Source: Plasmodiophora brassicae (Eukaryota). Taken from it: a stretch of 64,000 nt of DNA. The stretch spans positions 372,001 to 436,000 of the forward strand of contig CP145417.1 of NCBI GenBank assembly GCA_036867785.1, given 5' to 3'. The number at the start of each line of letters is the position of its first letter. The first letter of the stretch is position 1. Position numbers and translations under genes: made by a program. Positions 44,273 through 56,784 of this stretch are shown piece by piece. The notes under the pieces were generated by a model that was not told the DNA's origin, searched no databases, and was given only the letters and a program-made list of their open reading frames with translations.

Positions 44273-46723
44273 ATGCTTCGCGGCCGGGCGCTGCTGCAAC
44301 GGCACGCGCGCGGGTTCTTCACCTGGGCGCCTAGTGAGGCCTTCCTCTCGTCGTGGACGAAGAACCAGACGCTACGCGAATGGGTTACTGATCGCATCAA
44401 TCTGTTCCAGGTTAGGCGTGACTTCTCGTTCTGGTTCCGGCCCAAACGGTTGAATGGATTGTGGATGACAGCCGGCGAGGGTGCACCTGTGCGATGGGAG
44501 TGATGAAGAGCACCGGCTTCTCTTAAAGCACATGGTGCAAACCGGGATGCTCATCAAGTTAGACGAGAAGCTGCGCCCAGGCAGCTACCTCGCTCGATCT
44601 GACAAAAGCGATGTGGCCCGAGTCGAGGACCGAACCTTCATCTGCAGCGACAGCGAGGGCGACGCCGGCCCGACCAACAACTGGATCGACCCGCTGATCG
44701 CTCAACGGAACATGAACGAACTGTTCGCGTCCGCCATGCAAGGGCGCACGATGTACGTGGTGCCCTTCTCGATGGGTCCAATTGGCTCTCCGATATCTCA
44801 GGTATATGAAATTCCAACCGCGTAATTCGATGAGGTTACTCAAGGTTTCGCGTGTTCGTTGGTAGATTGGCGTGCAGATCACCGACTCACCTTGTACGGT
44901 CATCGTCGTGCGATGCGAAAATTCAGTGTGCTTATGGATGCCGCCTACATAGATGTCGTTGCGTCGATGAGAATCATGACAAGAATGGGGAAGGCGGCAC
45001 TCGACGCATTGGGCGAAGACGGGTTCTTTGTTCCGTGCATGTAAGGCCTGCGATGGCGTTTGCCAGGTCTTGTTCTCAAGCCATCATCGCTAGGCACTCC
45101 GTTGGCAAACCCATCGTCCGAGGTGTGGAAGACGCACCTTGGCCCTGTGTTCCGGACCAAAGTCAGAAGTGGATCGTAGGAAACGACAGGTTTCCACATT
45201 GCTGCTGCTTTGACGACCCATACGTGTAGATGCATTTCCCAGAGCAACGTCGTATATGGTCGTATGGCAGTGGATACGGTAGCAAATTGAAAGGTATACT
45301 CCTTTCGGCAAACCCTGATGATGCCGGGTATAGGTGGGAACGCTCTGCTTGGAAAGAAGTGCTTTGCGCTCCGTATCGCGTCTGCCATGGCTCGCGACGA
45401 GGGATGGCTGGCCGAGCACATGCTCATTGTCGGCATCACGAATCCCAAGGGGGTCAAGAAATACTTTGCCGCCGCGTTCCCATCCGCTTGTGGCAAGACG
45501 AACCTGGCAATGATGGAGCCGCGTGTCCCCGGCTGGAAGGTGGAGTGTGTTGGCGACGACATCGCCTGGATGAAGATCGGACCAGATGGCCGCCTGTATG
45601 CCATCAATCCTGAAGCAGGATTCTTTGGAGTTGCCCCAGGTACTTCGACCTCCGAGTCCTTGTTCGTTTGGTATTACCCTCTGAAATGCACTACCTAGGG
45701 ACGTCAATGGATTCCAACCCGAACGCCATGAAGTCGTTGGACAAGAATGTGGTATGCCACTCCTAACGGCAAAGGCGTGTCGCGAGTGGATGTGCTGAGG
45801 CGGCATTGCAGATATTCACGAACTGTGCTGTGACCCCTGACAATGACGGTACGTTCCAATGCCACCACACGCTGTCTCCGTCCTGATGCATGGCTGTTGT
45901 CCAGTTTGGTGGGAGGGCATGACCAGAGAGCCACCACAGAAAGCGTTGACGTGGATGCGGACGGAGTGGTTCCCTGGGTGCGGGGCCACAGCGGCCCATC
46001 CCAATGCAAGGTTCACTGTCTCTGCCTCCCAGTGTCCTGTCATTGATCCAAAGGTCCCATTCATGACGAACCGACGCTTTACGTGGCTGACGTTTGGGCC
46101 TGCAGTACGATGATCCGAATGGGGTTCCGATCTCGGGTATCATCTTTGGTGGCCGTCGCTCGTCGAACATCCCGCTTGTGTTCCAAGCGCGTGACTGGCA
46201 CCATGGCACGTTCGTGGGGGCAGTGATGACATCGGAAACGACGGCGGCTGCGGCCGGTAAGCGGGGCGTCCTCCGAGCCGATCCGTTCGCCATGATGCCG
46301 TTCTGTGGCTACAACATGGGCGACTACTTCGAGCACTGGCTCTCGTTCACAGAGATGACGTCCGAGGCGAAGCTCCCCAAGATTTTCCATGTCAACTGGT
46401 TCCGCAAGTCGCCGCAGGGCAAGTTCATGTGGCCTGGGTTCGGCGACAACATCCGCGTCCTGGAGTGGATCTTCAACCGCTGCGACGCTGAAAACGACGA
46501 CGATACGACCGACACGCCCGTCGGCCTCGTTCCTAAACCCGGCGCCATCAACACCCAAGGACTCGACATATCCAGCGCGACCATGGACGAACTCCTCCAC
46601 GTCGACAACGCCGCATTCCGGCAGGAAGCGCAGAAGTACCGCGAGTTCCTGAGCCAGTTCAAGGACCGCCTTCCATCCAGCCTAGTCTCCAACCTCGACA
46701 AGCTCCAGGGATCCGTCAAATAA
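44273..46723 (+). CDS. PCK: Phosphoenolpyruvate carboxykinase, GTP-dependent, probable mitochondrial presequence, multi-exon
   Basis: [105 protein letters not shown]. Confidence 0.97.
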
Positions 46724-47390
46724 GGCGCGCGAACATCGATCCCGCCGTTGCACGTAATGAAGAATCGCAGTGGAACTTTGCTGTTCGCCAGCGCTTCGGG
46801 CCAGAATCTGACATGACCTGCTGCGTCGTGTGTGTGTGTATCGATCGGGTTTCGTGCCCAGGCGATTATTGTTGGCAGTTCTGGCTGGAAGGAAGGTGAG
46901 TCCATCTTTGGCTGGATCTTCAGCGGTAGTGGCACAGGCCTCTGCATTCAGTTGTTTCCGTGCAATGCAGCATTAACGTCGCCGGTTTCTGTCACTTCAG
47001 GTGTCAGCTTGGCTGATGCTGTTGAATCGGGACGAGGACGATCTTCTGACGCTGCGAGGCGATCCGACTGCTCCAGACGATGTACACGAATCGACACCTA
47101 TTGCTGTGTGCTACGAAGTGCCGTAAGGGATGACCTACCTACATATATCGAATAACCGCACGTAAATGTTCCCCTCGTATGCGCCCACTTGATTGCCGCG
47201 ATAATGCAGATTTGGCGGAATCCCACCACATCACGGAACGGCCTGAAACGGAACTGTTGCGGTTTGCTTGGCCTGGCCCTGTCATGGGTCGACCTATCTG
47301 GCAGGTGCATGAGCAGGAACTGCGTCCGCATCATCCCCCGTCTTGCGCGCGCGCGTCGTGTGCGCGGCAATTGTCCGCGCGCAACGCACG

Positions 47391-48817
47391 ATGTTTCTGC
47401 TGGAGACGACTCGAGGCCTGGAGCGCTTCTGCGCTGACGAGGTGGCCGACCGACTGAAGCCATTTGCCCGCGTTCGCAGATGTACTGTGGAAGGGCTTGC
47501 GAATGGCAATGATGATGGCATCGCGCTGCACAGCGCCCATGTTGTTGTTCGGGTGGCAGAGGTAACCGCGGTGTTCGCGGACGCGCCGTTTCCGCTGACG
47601 CATGGAGTCATCCTCAGGATGTTATACCGATGAAGGATTTGTATGAGATCCTGTGCTCCCTGCGATCGGTTCGCTCCGTGGGAGCCTATGTTACGGTTGT
47701 AAACGGGTTGGTGCACGATGAGAAGGTTGACGAGAAGACCCTGGAGGACTGCATCGATGGCACGTCGTTGCATCATTGGCAGCGGGCCATCCGCATACAT
47801 GACGCGATTCATCCCAAAGTGTGCTTTATTCGTAACCTCCCGCTGGCAGTTCTCTGACATCATGGGTGATCGTAGGCAGTGCCGACCCGTACAACGTTTC
47901 GTGTCACGTGCACACGCAATCGGCACCTGCGTCTCGTCGGTCTGAAGTCTCCGGGGGTCTGCCGCGCTCTTGGCTCTGCTGTTGTTGACAGTATTGGCTG
48001 GAAGGTGGGTCCATCACGTTTATCTCGGGGACGTGAGGATGTAATGACTTCGGTACAGGTTGACTGCGTTCATTACGACGTCAACGTTGTCGGGTTCCTG
48101 TCGCAGGACCTGATGGTCGGGCTGATGCTACGCGACGAAATTGATTCGGGACGAGGACGATCTCCTGAGTGCTCTTATTCTACAATGCTGCGACCCTCCC
48201 TGGCATACCTATTGACGCGAGTCGCGCGCATTCAGCCTGGAGAGACGGTTGTCGACCCGATGTGTGGGACGGGCACAATTCCTATCGAGGCAGCCCTAGC
48301 GTTGCCATGCGTCACCGCAATCGGTGATTCTTAGCCTTCTTTGTTTGTCGTCCTGTTCTCAGATTCGCCTAGGGGGTGACTCATGTTGGAACGCACTGGA
48401 AGACGCCTCCCGAAACGCCAAATCCTGCCGTCTGTCCAGTCCCGTCAGCTTTCTTCTATGGGATGGTACGTCTCCATTCATCCGACCTGGTTCCGTCGAC
48501 GTTGTAATCTCGGATCTGCCGTTCGGGCACCGGCACTCAAGGTACAACCGGCTCGACAAGTATGTGTTGTCGGTCTGGTACCCAGGAATGCTGTGACTGA
48601 TCGGGTTTTGTGGTTAAGAATGTACCAAGGCCTCATGAACTCCATTCGGACAGCATTGCGACCTGGCTCCGGACGGGCTGCCCTGCTGACCATCTGCAAG
48701 CACAGGCTCGTCCGCGCCGTCGACAAATTCTCCACAGAGCTCTCCATTATCGACTCCATCGAATGCGACGTCGGCGGGTTCCAAGCCGTCGTATTGGTCA
48801 TCGAGCGGCTACGATAA
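47391..48817 (+). CDS. THUMP-domain RNA methyltransferase (THUMPD2/3, Trm14-like), multi-exon
   Basis: LETTRGLE, TFRVTCTR, LRPSLAY, VVDPMCGTGTIPIEAA, VDVVISDLPFG. Confidence 0.88.
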
Positions 48818-48951
48818 AGCTCTCCCGCCGTTCGGCTCGACATCATCGTCGCGGGTGTCAGGAAAATCATTGTTGGTTTGGGTAGCGTCTCTGGACAACC
48901 GCCAGATTTCGTCCAGCAAACACGACCACGACCGTCTACAGTACTCCTGTA

Positions 48952-49527
48952 TTAGACGCCGATGAAGCGGCCCTGTAAAAGGCCGGCAATCCCTGTCGAA
49001 TCGTGGGAGCGGTATCTGGAGGTGGCTGGACGCGGAACGACTGCAACAGGAGCCGAATCGGAAAAGAACGCCTGGAACACCGTGAAGTGATTCGCCTGGG
49101 GCATCGGCGCTCTCAGGTTGAACTTCTTAGCGAGAAACGACAGCATCTTAGGTGATGGTCGATCATACGCCATGCTTGCAGGTTCAACATTGCCTTCTGA
49201 CCGTAGCATGGCCCGGAACAGAGCCTGGCCGGTCCCATGACGCTGCCTGGCTTCGTGGACGTAGAAGTCCAGGCAGCAGAGCGGCGCGCATTCCCTCAGC
49301 TGGAACGTCGCATCGTACACGAACAGCTTTCGTGGGCCAACGCGGAGCAGACCGGAATAGTCCGATGTCAGATAGATCCGATCTGTGGACGACCGGAAGC
49401 GGGCAGCGGTAGTGATAACCTGGCGCAGGCCCTGCGCCAGAGCAGACCGCTTCCCCAACTCGTTGATCGCGCTTCCCACGTCATCCGGCAATGTCTGCCT
49501 GGCGTCCAGGCGAATGACGTCGTCCAT
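48952..49527 (-). CDS. ATAT1: Alpha-tubulin N-acetyltransferase (MEC-17)
   Basis: ELGKRSALAQGL...GLLRVGPRKLF...CLDFYVHEARQRHGTG...AYDRPSPKMLSFL...PQANHFTVF. Confidence 0.93.
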   Translation of the reverse strand: MDDVIRLDARQTLPDDVGSAINELGKRSALAQGLRQVITTAARFRSSTDRIYLTSDYSGLLRVGPRKLFVYDATFQLRECAPLCCLDFYVHEARQRHGTGQALFRAMLRSEGNVEPASMAYDRPSPKMLSFLAKKFNLRAPMPQANHFTVFQAFFSDSAPVAVVPRPATSRYRSHDSTGIAGLLQGRFIGV

Positions 49528-49657
49528 CGTCGAGCGACGGTCCCCTCTCGGTCGGGGCGGCGGCGTCCTCTTCCCGCGCGCTACGCAGAGCCGGAAACCT
49601 GCAACATACGAAGATGGCGCATCGCATCGTATATTACCGCCAGGTGCCGACTAACGA

Positions 49658-52600
49658 CTACATCCAGGCACCGTTCAACCGAATATAAAGAGGTTTGGCG
49701 ACGAACGACATGAGGAGGCAGTAGCCGGTGATGGCGGCGATCAGGTAGACGTAGTAGAACGGAGGGACGGGCGTCATGGACAGGGCCATGCCGAGAGGCG
49801 TGTACGGGACGACGACGCAGACGATCATGGCGAACAACGTCGCCGAGACGACAGGCCACGACGCGATGGACTGCACGAACGGGATCTTGTCCGTTCGGAT
49901 CATGTGGACGATGAGCGTCTGCGTCAGCAGGCCCTCCAGGAACCACGCCGTCTGAAACAACGCGACGTTGCCGTCCACGGTCTGGATGCCGTAGTAGAAC
50001 CACATGAAGATGAACGTGGATATGTCAAACGGCGACGACAGCGGCCCCAGGAACATCATGTACCGGAAGATCTCCCTCGTTTGCCATCGCTTTGGCGTCA
50101 ACAAGTAGTCGTCGTCCATGCAGTCCCAGGGGATCGACACCTGCGAGAAGTCGTAGATCAGGTTCTGCATGACGATCTGGTTCGCGTCCATCGGCAGGAA
50201 CGGCAGCCAGGCGGTGGCGACCATGATCGAGAACACGTTGCCGAAATTGGACGACAGCGCCATCTTGATGTACTTCATCGTGTTGCCGAACGTGATGCGA
50301 CCGACGACGACGCCCTTGGCGAGCACCAGCAGCGACTTCTCCAGCAGGATGATGTCGGCAGTCTCCTTGGCGACATCGGTGGCCGTATCGACGGAGATGC
50401 CCACGTCGGCTTGCTTCAGTGCCGGCGCGTCATTGATGCCGTCGCCAAGGAACCCAACCGCATGATTGTTTGACTTGAGCGCCTGTACGATCGTGGCCTT
50501 CTCAACGGGTGTTAGACGCGCGAATATCGTGCCCTCCTCGGCGATCTGACGTAGACCTGCATCGTCCAGGCCGACCAGGTCACTGGTCGTCACGATGCGC
50601 TTGACAGGAAGACCGATCTGGTCGCAGATGTTCTTGCAGACAGCCGGCGAATCGCCTGTCAGGACTTTGACCTCGATGCCCCGGTAGTGAAGTTCCTTGA
50701 TGGCCGGCGCCGACGAATCTTTGGGCGGATCCAGGAACGCGACCATGCCGCACATGATCAAGTCCTTTTCGTCCTTCGTGCTGAACGTCCAAATGTCACG
50801 TTCCTCCAGTGGTTTGAACGCGACGACAATCACGCGAAGTCCATTCGCGTTCAGGCTCTCGCTCAGCGCCTTCGCCTGGGCCCTGAGTTCAGCTGTAAAC
50901 GGAACAACTGGCATGGCGTGGAGGTTCGACGGGATGTTGTTGCCCTTCATTGTCGACTCGTCGACAACGGAGGTGCAGACCGACAGGGTCTCATCGACCG
51001 CGCCTTTCGTGACCAGGGTGTGCCGCCCATGTCCACTGCATTCCTTCAGGACGATCGACATCCGACGTCGTTGGAAATCGAATGGGATCTCGTCGACCTT
51101 GGTGAACCGCTGAGTCGTGGCGTCCGTATCACACGCTTTGCCGAAGAAATCCATGACGGCGACGTCCAGGAGGTTCTTGAGACCCGTCTGGAAGTGAGAG
51201 TTTAGGAACGCCATCTGCAGTGGGAACAGAGAATCCGATCCGTCGATATTGACGTGCTTGACGAGGGCAACCTTGTCCTGGGTCAGCGTCCCCGTCTTAT
51301 CCGTACATAAAATGTCAATGGCGCCCAGATTGATAATCGAGTCGAGACGCTTGACGATGGCTTTCTCCTTTGACATCGTCAGAGCGCCCTTGGCGAGATT
51401 CGCACTGACAATCATGGGCAGCATTTCTGGCGTCAGACCGACACCAACGGCAATCGCTATAGGCAGCAATGTAAAACGAACTGCGTACCAACAGGCCATT
51501 GCAATTACCGAATAGAAAAGCCTGCGTCCAACCCTTCCCGAGCAGTCCGGCGAGGAGGAAGACAGCGGGGACCATGACACCCATCACTGAAAGGAACATG
51601 ATGCTGACATGACGCACCCCGATCGCGAAGGAGTTCTCTGGCCGCATCTTGGCTAGCTTCGCCGCCAACTCGCCGAAAACCGTCATACTGCCCGTCTTAA
51701 GGACGACAGCCGTTGCTGTACCGCTGACAACGCTCGTGTTCACTGCACCCGAACTTAACCATGGACCATGCTCGACAAAGCAATCGATGGCACGTACTGA
51801 AACAAAGGTCACTGCGGTCCAGTTCGGGGCGGTCAGCGGCCAGCTTCGCCTCCGACACATTTGGGGCCCCAACCGCATCTTCGGCCTGGTCGCGCTTGAA
51901 CACCTTTAGGAACGGGGTATGCGTCCATATGAAGCCGGCAAATTTCTGCCAAAGCGTCGGAGGCGGCGGTGGGGCGGCCACGTTCTCCTTGGGAGCGCCA
52001 ACGAACGACACATGCCTTTCACGATCAGGTTTCTGGAGCACAAACTTCTCGCAAGGCATGGCTGAAACAGGATATATAAACGCTTGCAGATTGGGGAATC
52101 GCGGCGGGCGACACGCAGACCTTCGCCAGTCAACGCCGACTGCGATATGAAGAGGTCCTTGGATTGCAGGATCTGGCAATCCCCGGGAATCATATCGCCA
52201 GCGGAAAGCTTGACCCAGTCCCCCGGAACAATATCCGCCAGGTTGATTTCGACCACTTCGATCTCCTCTCTGGACCTGATCAGACCGTGCACAAATGGAC
52301 GTCTATTGGCAGCGTACATACTGATCCATTCGCGCGACATCCTCGAAAGATGGATCGCGGTCGTCAGGCGGCGCCCAGAACCGAATGACAGACGCTTTCG
52401 TATGCACAAGTTCTTTCAGCGATTCGGCGGCGACCTCGCTCTTCATCTCTTGGACGAACCGGAGTACAATGCTAAGCCCGATCATGAAACACATGGTGAC
52501 TAGCGTAGCGATATCGCCAGTCGCCCCAGATATGATCGCCAGCATCGCCAGGACAGCATTGAACGGATGCGCCAGAGAATGATACAGCACTTGGTACCTA

Positions 52601-52890
52601 CGCTGGACACGTCACCATGCCTGTTCAGCACCGCCGGTGGCGCCTAGGTACCATTTCAGGGAATGGTTCGCGGCGATCGTGTTCTTCCCATATAAAAGCT
52701 GGAGGCGTGCGGCCTGCTCGTGCGTCAACGGTTTCCGATCGGCGATGTCCGGGTACATCACCGCCAGCGTGTTGGCGAGCCGCTCCCGGTTCGCCCCCTC
52801 CACCGCATCCCCTGTCGATCCCTCGACCACAAGAGAGACCTGGTCGTGGGCGGCAACCAAGTTCTCCAGCGTCGCCGCCACGTTCGACAT
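49658..52890 (-). CDS. mgtA: Mg2+-translocating P-type ATPase (MgtA/MgtB, P3B type), multi-exon
   Basis: VGLTPEMLPMIV, DILCTDKTGTLTQD, LNSHFQTGLKNLLD, DEIPFDFQRRRMS, GDGIND, SSNFGNVFS, FQTAWFLEGLLTQTLIVHMIRT. Confidence 0.93.
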
Positions 52891-53101
52891 CGCAGCGTCA
52901 CAGGCCGCCGGCCGCCTGCCGGCAGGTCCCGCCCTGCAAGACCCACCCACCCAAACTTGCACCTTTTCCCCATCATTTTGCAGTTTGACTGCACCACAGC
53001 GCCGGCCCCGCGTCGGCAAATGAGTCGTTACAAACACACCGATCGCGGAACATTCCCGATGCAGCCGATCTGCGGAAGACGCTACAAGGTATGTAGTTTA
53101 A

Positions 53102-54363
53102 TTAACGTGGTCGCGGTGGCCTAAGGCGATTGTACAGTCTGAACAGCAAGCTGGATTTCGCAGTGTGGTAGTCGCGTTCGAGGACGTAGAGGCAGTCCTG
53201 CAGTTCGAGCTTGCGGTTCTTGACTTCGTCCTGGTCGAGAACGGTTGACTGCGGCAGGAACGTCGAGGACGGGGGTGGACGAGATGCGGAGGACGCCATC
53301 GGGGCGACCTTCTTCTTGAAGATGGTCTCCGAACCGCCAATGGCGGTCCGAACGGCTTCGTTCATGTCGTACACTTTCTGCCGTTCCTTTTCTTCTTCCT
53401 CCACTCGTTTGAGAGCTTCGACAATTCGGGAGTCGATATCGGACTCTGCGACATGAGCTCCCCGAAGCGCTTTTGCATGCTCTAATATTCGAAGCTTCTC
53501 CTCTTCCTCCAGGCGTCGTTTCTCATCCTCTGGACAACATATTAAACACGGTCGCCGATACGGCAAGATGCACATCACCATCTGCCTTCTTGATCCTCTT
53601 CGTGATCTGGGCAGGTTCATTGATGACGTCGTACCTGGTTGCGACTGTTAGCCAGGTCATCGAAAGCGTGCAACAGCGCTTACGGCAAGCTTGTCTTGAG
53701 TAGATCGACCCTCTTTTTCGACGCAGCGATCAGCTGTTCAATTATATCCTCTAGGCGTTGCTGCATGGCAAAGGATACAACCTCGGCGACGCCGCTGGAA
53801 ACGCCCAGAAGCCCTCGCTTTTTCGCTATCGTACACTCAGTATCGGTGCAGCACGGTTGACGCCACACGGTACGCGAACCGATCTGAAAGAGCACCGCCT
53901 GTAGAGTATCGGGGCGGACAAAGAATTGTTCGTCACGGATCTGGGATGCTGTCAACGTGCGCCTAGCTTCAGCAGAGACAGGGATGCTCATCTTGTTGAG
54001 CGCTAATCGTTCCGTCTATGGACAATGGTTTCACATTAGCCCGTTCAGATGTGTGACACCGTACAAGGGTAATACATTAAGGTCAAGGCCGGCAGCAACG
54101 AACGGATCGTACACGTTAACGTCTTCGCCGACGCCGCCCGTAGTCTGCTGCCTGGACGCTTGTGCCGGTGGGGCCGGCGCCCGCTGTATACCCTGCAGCG
54201 ACGTCTGCTGGCGGTTCTGCCGTGCCCGGTTCAGCTGAAGCTGTACAGCCGGGTGCACGCGCTCCGGCTGTGCAATCATCGCCATCGCAATGCCCGCCGA
54301 CTCGGACGACTCCGAATCGGACGCGTCGTCGTCGACATCATCCATCGGGCCGAGCGGATCCAT
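53102..54363 (-). CDS. TAF4: TFIID subunit TAF4-like, multi-exon
   Basis: Histone-fold VAEVVSFAMQQRLEDIIEQL; NEAVRTAIGG; C-terminal RKLELQDCLYVLERD...SSLLFRLY. Confidence 0.75.
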
Positions 54364-54839
54364 GATGGCCACGGGGCACGCAGTCCGTGCAACCGTTATC
54401 TGTGCACGAGATCGGCGTCTCTGTTGCGCCGTCCGACCCCGATAATGGCGAAATCGGAAACGTACTCAAACAGAGTACTATTGCACTGCATGTATGGGGC
54501 GAGCCTCCTTCACCCGTACCGGTTTGTATTGGCCATATAGCGTACAGTGCACAAAGGTTTCACCCGGTTATGTTGACCTGTTACAAGCCGCCACCAATTG
54601 GCGCTCTCTGGCCGTCATGGGCAATCATCCGCTTGAATAAACATGTTCATGTTCCCTATGAGTTCGGTATAACGGTCACTTGGGAGAGGGCCCTCTCGGT
54701 CAGCTAGTGTCATCAGCTTCGTCGACAGAAACTTAACCTATTCCCTGGATGCCGCAACATAGGCTCGATTCTATTTCTGTTGGGGCGGACGAGCTCCAGC
54801 GTGCCGGAGTCCGTGGCGGAGTCCGACGTTGGCAACAAC

Positions 54840-55487
54840 ATGTATGATACGCCAGAATTCGGCGATGATCGCGAGGACCTGTCGTCCGGTGATGACAGCG
54901 TTGACGAGCGGGCGGTAGACTGCGGGTCAGACGACGATGACAGTGAGAATTATGGGGATTTTGAAATTGTAGGCCCGGCTGATCAGTTGACGCCGACTGA
55001 TCCGGCGCTGGCCGTCGTCATCGAGGCCGCGGAACAGGGAGATGTTGACCGATTGGAGAACGGCCTTTCGGCATTGACGGCATCGGTTAATTGTGTTGGA
55101 GATGACGGCGATTCGGCCCTGCACCTGGCGAGCCTTTTCGGGCACCTACAGTGTGTCGAGTTGCTCCTGTCCCACGGCGCTGACGCTTCGTTTACGGATT
55201 GCAACGGCGGCCTCGCCCTGCATGACGCCTGCGCGTCTGGCCACTTGGATATCGTCAAGCTGCTGCTCAAATCTGCTCCACACACCATCGGTGTCATCGA
55301 CGAGGACGGCGACTCCCCATTGCACAATGCTGCTCGAGGCAACCATCTTGACATCGTCTCTTTCTTACTTGACAACGGGGCACGATCCTGCCTAGAAATT
55401 GCCAACCTTGAAGGCGAACTACCTGCTATGTGCACCACCTGCCCCAAGGTCAGATCATTGCTGACCCACCAGACTCCAGCGCCGTAA
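54840..55487 (+). CDS. Ankyrin-repeat protein with acidic N-terminus
   Basis: GDSALHLASLFGHLQCVELLL, GGLALHDACASGHLDIVKLLL, GDSPLHNAARGNHLDIVSFLL. Confidence 0.9.
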   Translation: MYDTPEFGDDREDLSSGDDSVDERAVDCGSDDDDSENYGDFEIVGPADQLTPTDPALAVVIEAAEQGDVDRLENGLSALTASVNCVGDDGDSALHLASLFGHLQCVELLLSHGADASFTDCNGGLALHDACASGHLDIVKLLLKSAPHTIGVIDEDGDSPLHNAARGNHLDIVSFLLDNGARSCLEIANLEGELPAMCTTCPKVRSLLTHQTPAP

Positions 55488-55709
55488 TGCGCTCTCGTAA
55501 AGAACATGGGATCAATTATGCACACGAATACACACTTAATTTAACAGTTCCTATTCGTTAGGTTACGAGTTGGTGGAGACGCGGTAGGCTTTGCAATCAG
55601 AACATTGGATATGTTTGGCTCGATGCCCATCCTCGGCGCCGGTTTACAGGTGGCCACTTCTCTGCACAGTCGAGGCGCCCTGTGACGATATCGTCTCCGT
55701 TGCCGCGAG

Positions 55710-56757
55710 ATGATGGCGTCGACGGGCGAACCAGGCGGCATCGTCGACAAACGGTTCTTGGAACAGGAAGAAGCCATGCGGTTCGCCTTGTTGCAAGTCC
55801 CCTCCTGTCATCTGAATAACGACCCGTCTGTAGCGAGATGAACGAACGCCTGGAGCAACGTCGCAAGGAGCTCGCCCAGCGCTGCGACCGGATCGCTGCG
55901 TTGGACCCACCTGGTGAGCTGGACGCTGCTGACGATCACAACGAATGGGAGAAGTCTCTCGAGGGCGATGACGACGACATCGAGGACGACGATGGTGCAG
56001 GCGAGCGGGATGCCGTCTTCGCTGTCGGCGCCGACGAACTCAGCCGTCTTGAGCTGGAGCACCAGGTGCTCGGCATGAAAGGGATGAGCAGCGATGGGCG
56101 CGAGAAGCTCCTGTCCGCCAAGCTGGACGGCGCCGAGAAGCAGGTCGCCGCCATCAAGCAGGCGTGTGCCGGCCACCTGACCGAACTGAGCGGCACTCGT
56201 GCCGAGCTGAAAGCCGCCCAGGATCAGGTCAAGGCGCTGACGAGGCAGGTGAAGGCGGCGGAAGCAAGGGCCGACAAAGCGGAGGCGTCCGCGTCGAAGC
56301 AGGACGGCCAGGTCCGTCAGATGACGCAGGAGCTGGCCGACGCGTGGCACGAGTTGCAGGTGGCGAAGAAGATCGTCAAGGATCTCGAGAAGGGCAGCAA
56401 GACGCGCGAGACGCGCTTCAATCGGGCCATGGCCGAGGCGGCCCGGTACAAGTCGCTGGCCGAGGAGAAGCAAGCGACAGCGCTGACGATGGACGCCGCC
56501 ATGCGCGACGACCGCGCCGCCATCGAGGCCGAGAACAAGAAGCTGAAACGGGCCAAGGCCGAGCTCATGAACATCATCAAGAAGCAGTTCAAGCTGATCG
56601 ACGTTCTCAAACGCCAGAAGGTCGGCGTCGATTCTCGCGCCGCCACTGACCTTGTCTAACCACCGTGTGCACCCAGATGCACATCGAGGCGGCACGAATG
56701 CTGTCGTTCACCGAGGAAGAGTTCGCGAGCCATATCAGCCAGCAGACCCCGAAATAA
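55710..56757 (+). CDS. TEX9: TEX9-like coiled-coil protein
   Basis: C-terminal KKQFKLIDVLKRQK + intron + MHIEAARMLSFTEEEF signature. Confidence 0.8.
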
Positions 56758-56784
56758 ACGAAGCCCGTTGTCGTCCCGCCTGTC

